The notes beneath the pieces are model-generated. The model made no database searches, was not told where the DNA came from, and saw nothing but the letters and a program-made list of their open reading frames with translations. The position numbers were made by a program, and so were the translations under genes. A stretch of DNA of 64,000 bases, from assembly GCF_006345805.1 (NCBI RefSeq), contig NC_042998.1, forward strand, positions 203,794,001-203,858,000, in the 5' to 3' direction. This stretch comes from Octopus sinensis (Eukaryota). Shown here one piece after another: positions 51,380 to 64,000 of this stretch; within the stretch, counting starts at the first letter, position 1, and the number at the start of each line of letters is the position of its first letter.

Positions 51380-53508
51380 CGCAGAATTGTTATTCATGAG
51401 TGACAGAGCAGCAGCAAATGGCATCAAAGTGACATTAGGGTACAAATATAGGAAACCCAATATACCCATCATGACTACTCGTCTGATAAGGGAACACCAG
51501 GCTCATGCATCACAACCATATGTGCACGACATGGTGATCTTATATTAAGATGAATAGCGCATGACTTTTCAAGTGGGGCCCAGTTAGAATTTTCTTCTGG
51601 TCGAGTAACCCAGTCCGCTCAAAAGGTCCCTGAATAAGATTTGTTTTAAGGATGAACGAAACACCCATGTTTCCAGAGGTGAATTATTCAAACCCCAAAG
51701 AATCCCTTTCAACACAGGGCTATGATGCTCCTCCACTACTTCTGCTCGTGATCAGAAATGCACATATCGTCAGCCACCAAGGGACATGGTCAAATGCTTA
51801 AGGTAAAAAAACGGACAAACAAATCTGTGGTATTGAGTAGAATATTTGCTGTGGGCCATCTTTAATACCAAGACAAAACAATGGACATGATAACACTTCC
51901 AACCAGTTCAGATCAGAAGCCATGAGAGCCACTGTCTTTTATCATGCCTAATGCACCTACTATGATAGGAATTGTTTCTGTTTTTAGATTCCACATTCTA
52001 GTTACCTCTATTTCCAGGTCTTTGTATTTTGAGAGTTTCTCCATTTCTTTTAGAGACACGTTGTCATCTGCCGGTATTGATACATCAATTAGAAAGCATT
52101 TTTTTTCTTCATGAACTCTGACAACTATATCTGGTCTGTTGGCCTTAATTTCTTTATCTGTGTGTATTGGCATATCCCAGAGTATGGTTGCTTTCTCGTT
52201 TTCTGTGATCTTTTCTGGTGTGTGCCTATACCATCTTTTTTCTGTTGTTATTCCATAATGTTGGCATAGCTTCCAGTGTATGTAGATCCCAATTCTGTCA
52301 TGTCTGTGAATATATTCCTTCTTAGCCAGGACTGGGCAGCTAGAGATAATATGATTTATTGTTTCTTGTCCATCTCCACATATTCTGCAGTTACTTGTTA
52401 TATTTCTTTTCATTACATGTTTTTGGTAATTTCTGGTGGGGAGGCTTTGGTCTTGTACTGCAATTAAAAATCCCTCTGTCTCTGCTTTGAGTCCTGAGCT
52501 TCTCAACCATTACTGGGATTTTTCTTTGGGTATTTCTTTTGCATTTAGTTTAGTCCAGTATTTGCCATGAAGGGGCTTTTCTTGCCATCGTTTTATCATG
52601 GTTCGTTGCTGTTCTATCTTTAGTTTGGATTTCATTTGTTTTATAGCTTTTGTTGTTTCTTCATCTTCTTCTTCTTCTTCATGTTTATTAGGTGGTATGA
52701 TTTCTTGTTTGTATTTGTCAGCTTCCTTAAATACTGAGAACAGTTTTTTATTTTGCTCGTGTTTTGCCGCTATTTGTATCAGTTTTCCTTCCTTCTGAAG
52801 TAGATATTTTGCAGTCCTATGGCGGTTATTTTATAGTAGTTTTCCAGTTGTATAAGGCCTCTACTACCTTCTATACATCGTATATATAGCCTTTCTACGT
52901 CAGATTTTGGGTGATGCATCCTAGATCCTGTCATTATTTTTCTTGTTTTCCTATCTATTTTGGACAGTTCATTTCGTGTCCAGTTAAGGATATTGTAGCT
53001 GTAACTTATAACTGGGACAGCTAAAGTGTTAATACCTATTATCTTGTTTTTAGCATTGAGCTCTGTTTTTAGTATTGATCTAACTCGTCTATAATATTAA
53101 TCTTTTTATTTTCTCTTTCATTTGTGTGTGTTGTATCATATCTAGTTCATGGATTCCTAAGTATTTGTAAGTTTGGCTTTGGTCTAATTCTTTCATTTCA
53201 TTGGTTTTATCTAGTGTGATGTTGCTACTCTTAACTAGTTTTCCTCTTTTCAGGGTTACTTTGACGCATTTTTCTAATCCAAATTTCATATCTATTTCTT
53301 TGGTAAACCCACGAACTGTCTTTAGTAGTGTTTCCAGCTGTTTGTCATTTGTAGCGTATAGTTTTAGATTATCCATATATAAAAGGTGGCTGATCGTGGT
53401 ATTGAGCAGAATATTTGCTGTAGCCCATCTTTTATACCAAGACAAAACAATGTACATGATAACACTTCCAATCAGTTAAGAGAGCCACTGTCTGGTACTG
53501 CATCAGGG
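51380..53508 (-). mobile_element. chimera: non-coding element / Dong LINE / same non-coding element
   Basis: Non-coding element at 51380-51937 and 53396-53508 with an internal segment duplicated (51827-51937 vs 53396-53493) around a LINE piece. Confidence 0.7.
51938..53395 (-). mobile_element. R4/Dong-clade LINE internal fragment (RT5 to RLE)
   Basis: ISHLLYMDNLKLY, YKYLGI, ETEGFLIAVQDQ, CRICG...HIISSC, NRPDIV, IDVSIP, IVGALG. Confidence 0.93.
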
Positions 53509-53543
53509 TATTATTATTATTGTTGTTGTTGTTATCATCATCG

Positions 53544-53592
<49 letters not shown>

Positions 53593-53639
53593 TATCATCA
53601 TCATCATTATTATTTTATTATTATTGTTGTTCTTGTTGT

Positions 53640-53909
53640 TATTATTATGTTTTTTCCTTCTTTCTTCAAATTTTCTTCCGTTTCTCGCCGAGTGTTTTCC
53701 ATACACCTAGGGCAGAGAAGCTCATTGCATGCATTCCCAGATTACACACGCAAATTCACAGATAAAATATGTATCTAAAAATTAATAAATAAATAAATTC
53801 ATGGATGGATGTTGTTTTCACAGCGATAATGCTCTTCTCAGTACATGAGCCGTTCTAGTTAATACGATTTTTTGCACTTTCTGTAGGGATGGTAAGCCTG
53901 GAATCATTT

Positions 53910-53910
<1 letters not shown>
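53640..53910 (-). mobile_element. Dong-type LINE 3' terminus between TAA arrays
   Basis: IPGLPSLQKVQKIVLTRTAHVLRRALSL*, 3' UTR ...ACACTCGGCGAGAAAC..., TAA tail. Confidence 0.8.
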
Positions 53911-53967
<57 letters not shown>

Positions 53968-54063
53968 CATTATTATCATCATCATCATCATTATCATCAT
54001 CATCATTATTATTATTATTATTTACTATTGTTATCATTATTATCCTCCTCCTCATCATTATCA

Positions 54064-54109
<46 letters not shown>

Positions 54110-54205
54110 CATTATTATCATCATCATCATCATTATCATCATCATCATTATTATTATTATTATTTACTATTGTTATCATTATTATCCTCCTCCTCATCAT
54201 TATCA

Positions 54206-54302
<97 letters not shown>

Positions 54303-54330
54303 TATCTTTACTATTATTATCATTACTATT

Positions 54331-54420
<90 letters not shown>
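53910..54420. repeat. (TTA)/(TCA) array with internal tandem duplication
   Basis: A block of about 145 bp (CCTCCTCCTCATC marker) occurs at about 54045 and 54190. Confidence 0.85.
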
Positions 54421-55481
54421 GTTATCAGGCAAAGCGCGAAGAAAGGAAGAGGGAGAGACGAAAGGAGAGGAAACTGAACACCGATGAAATAACGGCGGGA
54501 ACTGTATTCCAGCAGATCGGGTGAAGAAAATAAACAGAAGAAAATGAAAATGGGATAAAATTGCTAACGTAAGAGTAGAGTGTGTCGATAAAAGAAGGAT
54601 TATTTGTGTATATAAGAAAGATGAACGTCATTAGGAAAGAGTAAAAGTAATTAAAAGGAAAATATTTCAAAGAAATCATTATAAAAATATAAGTAATAGA
54701 AGTGAGTGAAAAATTACTTTTGTAAAAAGACTCTCTTGTAAACGGTTTTAGTGAACGAAGGATGTGGATCGGAGGCGAGAGGGCAGGAGATTGCGTTGAT
54801 AATGGATTGTAGTGCGTTTGTGGTGGCGAGGAGTGAAATGATATTGTGAAAGTAAATATTGTAGAGAATGAGGAAAGAATTGATATGGGTAGATGGAGAG
54901 TGAGAGAGAGAGAGGTGAATGGCGGTGTTAGCATAGATTATTGATAAGAGACGTTGAGTGAAGTGATCGGTTTCTTCGTAGAAAGAGAATAAAGACGGAA
55001 CAAAAGCTGTTAGATGTGGTTAAGTTAGAGGAGGGAAGCGAAGAATTGATAAATATCTGACTAATGAAGGATGAAATGTAAAGCTTGAAGCAGGCTTTAA
55101 GTGATAATGAATTCATAATAGTTGGTGGAGAATGTAAGAACGAGGAGTGGAGGTGACTTTTGGTAAGAGTAGAATAAGCGGCAAGGAAAGATAGAAAGTG
55201 AAATAAGAGAGATGAGATTGGACACCGATTGCGAAATAAATAAAAAAAGGTGATGTAACAAAGAGAATATCTTGATAAACAAATAATTATATTACATCAG
55301 ACTAATCTATTTTTGTATGGTACAATTCGATCTAAGAAACTCTACGTGATTGCCGTACCTGTGAGAAACAGCAGTCAAATTGTCTTTAAAACACTCTACC
55401 CTTTTGAAGACAAATGGCCATGACGTTTGTACTTGGGAGATAAATAAGATTAACTGTAATCTTCATTGTGCTATTATCTTG

Positions 55482-55712
55482 GCACTCCGTCGGTTACGAC
55501 GACGAGGGTTCAAGTTGATCCGATCAACGGAACAGCCTGCTCGTGAAATTAACGTGCAAGTGGCTGAGTACTCCACAGACACGTGTATCTCTTAACGTAG
55601 TTCTCGGGGAGATTCAGCGTGACTCAGAGTGTGACAAGGCTGGCCCCTTTGAAATACAGGTACAACAGAAACAAGAAGAAAGAGTGCAGCAGGGTTCGCC
55701 ATTGCGCCTCCA
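55482..55712 (-). mobile_element. SINE family B with internal deletion
   Basis: Tail matches 3865-4050 and jumps to CCATTGCGCCTCCAC of the head. Confidence 0.8.
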
Positions 55713-56939
55713 CAGTGTTATTATAGTTCACAGCCGAATGGCTAAGTAGCTAGCTATGGCATTATGAAGTCCTGGGTTCGTTCTCCCTGAATAGCATCTG
55801 GGGTATTTTCTCTTACCATAGACTTGGGTTAACCTAGGCCTTGTGAGAAAAACTGAACTGACAGAATCCACATGGTTAAATAACCAACTTCTTAACCACA
55901 TCACTATATCTACGTCGATTTCTTGTGTATAATTATAGCAATTCTTATTTTAATTAAGAGCTACATAACTTGATCTGATATAAAAGTTGAACTAATGCAT
56001 GCCTCTCATCAGTATTGTCAGCGCCTTAATATTACAATTTGCTTATAATTTTAAACATCTCACAAGCGACTTAACTGCTTGTGTTCATGCTGATGGCGTT
56101 CATTTCCATTCGATTATGGTGAGTTTGAACTTTCAGCATCTAATGATTCCACCACACGTATTTAAATCTATTCTCCACAGCTTTTATAACAGAATGTTTT
56201 GTATCATACTTTGACACTAAGAATTGCAACCGGCATAATCGACAGCGAGGGAAACAATCTGCAAATCAAAGAAGCAGACGATAGTCATTAACGCAGACGA
56301 CACCTACTCGGTCACCTAAGCGTAACTAAAAAGCAGACAACAAAAAGCCTAAATTTGAATTAGTAAGATGCAAAACATTTGTTACTTTGGCTAGGTATGG
56401 TTTGTATCGTTTACTGGAGTCTATATACGGTCTCTCATATGCCTAAATTTAGCATCCAAACATGAAAGGCCTGTTTATTAATAATCTTAGATATATAATT
56501 CATGAAACAAAGAATTAGATGTTCACGTAGGGAACGGATTTTTATCGTTGGTCCCCACAATGAACGTTGGCATTGGACTAAACGACAACAACAACGATAA
56601 CAACAGCAGCGGAAGTAATAGCAATATTTTGTTAGATTAAAGTGTGGCAGGTGGGTCACCTTGTTCTATGTAACAATGAAGTCCCTGTGGCTGATTTGTC
56701 CTAGATACCCGACAGGTACAAAATGTTCCAGTAAGATTTGTAACTCAAGATTGTTCCTATTATTGGGTGTCACCACGACCAGCATCTCTCTTGAGTGAAA
56801 TACGGGAACTCCACGGTCTCAAGCGCAAGCAAAAGATCTCCAGAATATCCAATGCCATTGTCTGTATATCCAACTTTATATAAGAGCAGCCATCTCCTAT
56901 AGACATGCTTTAACAGAAGCTCAGTGCATGCCTCACTTC

Positions 56940-57329
56940 CATAAATACATACATACATTCATACATACACACATATACATACATACATATATACATACAT
57001 ACATACATACATAGATACATACATACATACATACACACATATACATACATACATGCATACATAAACATACATACATACATACACACACATATACATACAT
57101 ACATATATACATACATACATAAACATACATACATACATACATGCATACATACATACATACATACATACATACATACATACATACATACATACATACATAC
57201 ATACATACACACACATATACATACATACATACATACATACACACATATACATACATACATACATACATACATACATACATACATACATACATACATACAT
57301 ACATACATACATACTACATACATACATAC
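56940..57329. repeat. (CATA)n array
   Basis: Direct reading; abuts a LINE 5' junction. Confidence 0.95.
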
Positions 57330-59150
57330 TCGTGGAATAGTCCCATCAAAACCTCTGTCAAATGTAAACATAACAGACCGAATATTGTTGTTTGGAACAG
57401 AGGGGCAAAAGTATGTATCATCATAGAGGTCAGCTGCCCTGTAGATATAAATATCTCTTTGAAAATCAAAGAAAAAGAAGATATTTATGGAAAAGTGCTT
57501 CGAAACTTCCAGCTTCTATATTCAGACTATGAGTTCATATTCATACCAATAATACTTGGAGCACTAGGTCTTGTTAGTAAATGCTTAAAGGAAAATCTGG
57601 ATAAACTGGGATTTTCAGAAAGAGAAATTGACCGGCTGATGTGTACATTACAAGTGCAATCTGTGAGTGGAACAGTAAAAATATGCAAGACTTTTCTCAA
57701 GTTGCAAATGTGAATTCGTCTGTGTTAATTACATCCCAAAGATGGAGTTTTGTATCTTTGTTGGAAACCGGCTCTCACCTCAGTGGAAGATTTATAATCA
57801 TTCGCGGTATTATCTAGTGATGAGACATGATGTCGTAGACAGGATACTCTATAATGAAATCCATCGGAAGGATAATCCCGAAGACAAAGAAATAAAAACC
57901 CACAATATGGTAGAAGCCATAGCTACTCATAATAAAAAGGAGTGCTGGTGGAACGTCCCAATGAAAACTTCTATAAAATGTAAATACAGTAGACCTGATA
58001 TAATGGTTTGGGATAGAGAAGAGAAACTGTGCATAGTTGTGGAAAATTAGTTGCCCAGTGGATGTTAACATAAAACTGGAGATCAGGGGAAAAGAGAACA
58101 CCTATGCTGAACTATTGAGAAATCTGCAGTTATGCTATCCAGGTTACAAGTTCAGGTTTATACCTGTAATTATTGGGGCGCTGAGATATGTAACACACTG
58201 CCTAAAAACAAATCTTGAGAAATTAGGCTTTTCAAAACCAGAAAGGAGAAAGCTAATTCGAAGACTGCAAATCCAATCCATCACCGGAACTGTACAAATC
58301 GGTAAAACTTTCCAGAATTTTTGTCATTGAAATATATATTAGCATGTGTAGACATGCAACTATATGCATGAGAATACATACATACATACATACATACATA
58401 CATACATACATACATACATACATACATACATACATAACATACATACATACATACATACATACATACATACATACATACATACATACATACATACATGCAT
58501 ACATACATACCCTGTTGTTGATGTTGAAAGTTCAATGAAGGAGCGTTGGATCTGGGTTGGAAACCGATTCGTTCTCTATTGGCAAGAAATCTTGAAATAA
58601 ACTGAATAGTGACATACATACATACATTACATACAGATGCCCAGCGGATGTCAGCATAAAGCTAAATTTCAACGATAAAGAAAACACGTACACTGAAATA
58701 CTGAGAAACTCACAGCTCCCTGCATTACAAGTTCAAGTTTATACCTGTAATTATTGAGGGCAACGGCATGTGTAACAAACTACTCAAGCACCCATCATGA
58801 GAGATTAGGTTTCTCAAAACTAGAAAGGAGAAAACTAATTCGAAGACTACAGATCCAATCCATCACTGGAACTGTTAAAATCTGTAAAACTCTCCAGAAG
58901 TTTATCATTTAAGTATATAAGCGCATGTCTAGATATGCAAATATATGCATGAAAATGCGTAAAACAAAACAAACAAATCTGCACATACTCCAAATACTGC
59001 GCACATACACGCATACATACAAACATACGCTATTGATGTTGGTGAAATTCCAATGAAGGAGCCTTGGATCTAAGTTAGAAACCAACTCTTTTTCTACTGG
59101 CAAGAAATCTTGAAATAAAACCGAACAATGACATACATACATAAAAACAC
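57330..59150 (+). mobile_element. three tandem 5'-truncated R4-clade LINE ends
   Basis: Copies at about 57330-57790, 57790-58635 and 58636-59150; the first two encode EISCP/EVSCP and IIGALG/ILGALG, all three the LQ.QS..GTV.I.K C-terminus; copies 2 and 3 carry CATA-rich 3' UTRs. Confidence 0.9.
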
Positions 59151-59699
59151 GCATGCGCACAATACATACATAAAAACACACATACACACAATCATAAAAC
59201 GCGATATTGTATGGTGGCTAAATATATTATATGATTTTATATGGTGGCTACAAGAAGGAAAATGCCTCATTGTTGTTGTATGATTGCCAAATGGCCACAA
59301 GCAGCCATTGCTTCATTTCTGGATCGACAGTTAGTATTGGTGTTAACTTTTCTCCTATCAACACTGACGGATTGTCACTCTAGCGGTTCCTAAACCATAT
59401 ACGAGAGTTTCGGAAACAGTATTTCATGAAACGAACCAATGATCCGTTCTTACAATTGGCATTTTACATCTCTTTCAAATTTGGTATTATTTTTAGCCGA
59501 ACACATTTTTCATTTCCTTGCCAGGCGTAGCCAGACGTCACCACCATAACAACAGGAATAGAGGCGACGCCGACGCCGACGCCGACGACAGACAGCCGTA
59601 TATTTAAAACACTAACTGGAAATCGAATGAATAATGGCTGCCGTTTAAAATAGAAACTACAACCGATGTACTGTTGATGATGAGGATGAGGATGAGGGG

Positions 59700-59720
59700 G
59701 ATGAGAGTGGTGTTAGATTG

Positions 59721-59759
<39 letters not shown>

Positions 59760-59797
59760 GGATGTTGATGATAATAATGATGATGATGATGATGATT

Positions 59798-59850
<53 letters not shown>

Positions 59851-60065
59851 TGTGATAATGATGATGATGATGGTGATGATGATGGTGATGATGATGGTGG
59901 TGGTGGTGGTTGTGATAATGATGATGATGATGGTGATGATGATGGTGATGATAATGATGATGGTGATGATGATGATGATGATGGTGGTGATGATGATGAT
60001 GATGGTGGTGGTGGTGATGATGATGATGATGATGGTGATGATGATGGTGATGTTAATGATGATGG

Positions 60066-60099
<34 letters not shown>

Positions 60100-60100
60100 T
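59700..60100. repeat. (GAT)/(GGT) array with duplicated block
   Basis: Direct reading; a 60-nt unit is repeated at 59821-59940. Confidence 0.9.
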
Positions 60101-60429
60101 ACGACAGTTGCCAAGCCGACGGCGATGACAGACACATTTCAAAAAATGCATCGGATACGTCATCATCATCTTCATCATCACCAGTAGCAGCAGCAGCAGC
60201 AGCAGCAGTACCAACTGTAACAACAACAACAGGAGTAACACTATATTAAGATCTTGAAACCAACAAAATATAAGCGACATCGGTAGAAGAAAAACAAATG
60301 TCGATAGATGTGTCAGGTGAAGTAGTGGCGTTAAACAGTTGTGGTCGGTGAATAAGTTGGTAGTAATGCCAATAATTGCCTGAGCTTTAGGACCAGTATA
60401 TAAAGATCTTGAAAAGTACATTAAAGAAA

Positions 60430-60891
60430 TAGGGGTTGCTATACGGATGGAACCCTTGCAAAAGACATCACTGCTGAGAGCGGCCCGAATACACCGGATG
60501 AGGTTTGAAAATTAAAGGGTGTTACATCTGTTCACTGGTAATAAATAGCTGAAATCGTAATGTATCCCGAGCGTTAGAAGCTGCTGAGAGGTACACATTG
60601 TGGCAGAATGCCCCAAGTTGGCACAGGAAGAATATAAGAAATGGAGACAAGTCAGGTTGTAAAGGTTTTTACACCGGATTCTGGCAGAAATGGGGATTTG
60701 AAGCTGGAAACACCGAATTGGAAGAGAACTGGAGTTGGAGAAATGTAAGATTATATGGGACTGTCCTATTCAAACAGACAAGAAGTTAGAAAAATAATAG
60801 ACTAGACATAACAATTATAGATAAGGTAAAAGCGATCGATCCATCATGCTCGTTCGATTCCAGGATCGTAAAGAAAGAGAACGAAAAGCAA

Positions 60892-60895
<4 letters not shown>
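60430..60895 (+). mobile_element. degraded R4/Dong-clade CCHC-RLE fragment followed by (TAA)n
   Basis: HIVAECPKLAQEEYKKWR...KIIWDCPIQTDKKLE.NRLDITIIDK across frameshifts. Confidence 0.7.
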
Positions 60896-60970
<75 letters not shown>

Positions 60971-61493
60971 GGGAGTATAACTCCAAACTTACAGGGAAAA
61001 ATTCAATTTAGTATTAAATCAAATTTCACAATATAAATGTATAATATATATAAATTAGAGAAAAACCACTATTGTATAATTCTAACAATGGTAGAGATAA
61101 ATCATATCGTATAGAAAAAATAAAATATATTATAAAACATATAACTAGATCACAAAAAGTACAAAACATGAATAAACAATGTATAATAAGTAAAAAGACT
61201 ACAAATATTTCGTGGCTATAACTTCAATTCGAATTACAATTAAATTTAAATTTAATCGAAAAACAATTCGATTTAAAAGTATAGGCACTCCTCAGGTCAA
61301 CAATAATAACAATAATAGTTAAATAAATAATCAAATAGAATTAAACAATATTTCCTAAAGAAATAACGGGGTCGATAAAATGAGTACCAGTTGAATATTG
61401 ATGTCGATGTAATCGACTCATTCCCACACGATGAAAATTGAAATAATAATAATAATAACAATAATAACAACAACAACAATAATAATAATAATG

Positions 61494-61547
<54 letters not shown>

Positions 61548-61560
61548 TAATAATAATAAT

Positions 61561-61619
61561 AGGAGTCGGGAAGACACTCGGCAAGAAATGATAGCAAATT
61601 TGAAAGAAGAAGAAAAAAA

Positions 61620-61620
<1 letters not shown>
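61561..61620 (+). mobile_element. 60-bp Dong 3'-UTR stub within a TAA array
   Basis: GAAGACACTCGGCAAGAAATG...AAATTTGAAAGAAG matches the minus-strand 3' UTR at about 53650-53705. Confidence 0.65.
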
Positions 61621-61677
<57 letters not shown>

Positions 61678-61721
61678 TAATAATAATAATAATAATAATA
61701 ATATAATAATAATAATAATAA

Positions 61722-64000
61722 GACACCGGGGACGTTTAAGATGTAAGAAGGAAAATACAGAGCTCCGAAATCCATCCACAAACATCGAAAACAAGGACAC
61801 CCTATGGAGCCAAAGATCTACTAACAAAGAATTGGATTATATCCGAGTAAGTAATACGAATTGAAATTTATTACTATTTTCGAAACGAAATGATGTATTT
61901 TGACTCGATATTATCTCCACCTCTAACACAACACATGTAAACATGCGTGGAACAACACGATCATCCCCGACCTCAAACACCATGTACAAAGGAACTACGA
62001 AGAAATTAAATGCCACCGATACTATTCAACCCAAGAATAACAATCGAGCGGTACGTACATTAAACCTACAACAAAAAATGTACGAAAAACTACACGTGCG
62101 AAATAATGTGACAACAGAAATAAACGGACCGGTACCCTACGAAAATGACGACCGTCAAAATAATGGGCCGGACGTTGTACCTCATGTCCCGCAATTAAAA
62201 CCCAAAGACGTAAATGGACACGTAAGGAATACATTTCTATCTTACACGCATACTTCACAGCAATGCTCTACCACAAAATGAAAATACAACAACACATACA
62301 TATAAAATATGGAAGGAAAATAATAGAGATATAGACTTGGATACAGCAATGAACCCTAATAAATTAGCTAATGTACGAAGATACATTCTCAAAGCCAAAA
62401 AAATATCAGAAATAGAAATAGAACATTTAAAAGAAAAAATACACCAGGAAAATGTAGATAGAAGCCACACAACAATGCCCAATAATATAAACACTGAAAC
62501 TGTAAAACACGAAGACAAACGCAACATTCCCAACAAACACGATGTAAACAACGAAGGGGAGCCTAATGATTATGATAATATAAAAAATAAAATAATCAAA
62601 GAACTAAAAACCACAGAGCTCAAAATGGACCACCGACCATACCTCCCAAGAATAAAAATAAACGCAATAACAACACCAATTATAAACAACATAAACCTAG
62701 CCGTCACTGAACTAGCCACTGAAACAAAAAAAAGTGATATCACTGAACTAAATGACTTGATATACGCAGCAGCCACTGCAGCCACAAAAGAAGCTGGATA
62801 CTCACCCAAACCCGCCCAAACAGGAGTACCACCACCCAAACAAACCCTGTGGATAAATAACATCCAAAACAAAATAAAAAAAATTAGAAAAGACCTGTCG
62901 ATTCTTAATGAAATCAGCAAACATCAACGCTACTGAGACAACAAAAAGAGAACAAAAATGCTCCGCAAATATAACATCACAGAAAAAGATCTGCCGGAGA
63001 TAAAAGAAAAGCTGAAGCAAGATATCCTTGCCAAAGCTCAAAGGATCCGCCGGTACGAGAAACGCCAACACTTCTTTGAACAGAACAAAAAGTTCAACTC
63101 CGACCCCAAAAAGTTCTACCAAGAACTGGGCAAAAATAAAATAGAAGTCACTGCAGCACCAACGGCAGAAGAATTGGAAGAATTCTGGAAAGAAATATGG
63201 TCGGCGAACGAACAGCCAAAAAAAAGGAGTATGAAAATAACAAACTCGGCATCTGAACAACTTTGGACCCCCATAACAACTGAAGAGGTCACCCAGGCAC
63301 TGCAAAAACTAAGCAACTGGAAGGCACCTGGGCATGACAAGATCCCTAACTTCTGGTTGAAATATCTAACAGGAATGCACAAAAAGCTGGCTGAAAACTT
63401 TAACAGCATACTAGCAGAGCCAGAGACAATGCCTGAATGGCTCACGAAGGGGAAAACCATCTTAATTCCCAAATCAAATGAAACAACAAAACCAGAAAAC
63501 TACAGACCAATAACCTGCCTCCCTACTATGTTCAAGGCATTTACTGCAGTGATATCGCAAAGGTTGAACAAGCACCTGGACGAAAACAAACTGTTCCCAG
63601 AAGAGCAGAAAGGATGCCGCAAGGGCTCATATGGCTGTAAAGATCAACTAATGATTAATAAAGCCGTAACTGAAGACAGCCACAAAAGAAGAAAGGCCTC
63701 AGTATGGCCTGGATTGACTACAAAAGGCGTTTGATAGCATCCCCCACACATGGATCCTCGAAACACTAGCCATTAACAAAGTAGCACCAACAATCATAAA
63801 ATTCATAGAGCACTCTATGATAAATGGCAAACAGTCCTACACCTCCAACAAAAGAGGGACTCATGAAAACCAAAGTCATCCCCATTAGAAGAGGAATATT
63901 CCAGGGAGACACTCTCTCTCCACTCCTTTTCTGCTTGGCACTGTCACCTCTATCTGACATGCTAAATAGAACTGGATGCGGATATAAATGTTACGGCAAA
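61722..64000 (+). mobile_element. R4/Dong-clade LINE with apparent intact 5' end, running off the window
   Basis: Begins after (TAA)n; ORF from 61943 with a few lesions; WKAPGHDKIPNFWLK, NYRPITCLPT, EQKGCRKGS.GCKDQL, IDYKKAFDS, GIFQGDTLSPLLF. Confidence 0.93.

Overview
AT-rich eukaryotic repeat landscape with very dense (AT)n, (CA)n, (GATA)n, (CATA)n and (TAA)n microsatellites. The repeat families look like those of a coleoid cephalopod (octopus-like); this is inference only. No host protein-coding gene could be reconstructed; only short candidate minus-strand exons were seen. No rRNA gene, true tRNA gene or CRISPR array was found. The window holds four tRNA-headed SINE families and many R4/Dong-clade RLE LINE fragments, one with an apparent complete 5' end running off the window. 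It also holds HERO-like, CR1 and L1/Tx1-like LINE relics, two TIR-complete mariners, MITEs, Helitrons (two with both canonical ends and one with a helicase remnant), and several Penelope-like inverted repeats. Main observations: (1) six separate type I hammerhead-ribozyme motifs, three with a CCGA instead of CUGA core; (2) two R4/Dong lineages whose junctions fall in different microsatellites (CATA versus TAA); (3) an element/LINE/element chimera that looks like double template switching; (4) a 750-bp head-to-head SINE palindrome; (5) an unexplained 334-bp insert with a 13-bp TSD. All alignments and folds were done by eye; coordinates of degraded elements are approximate.
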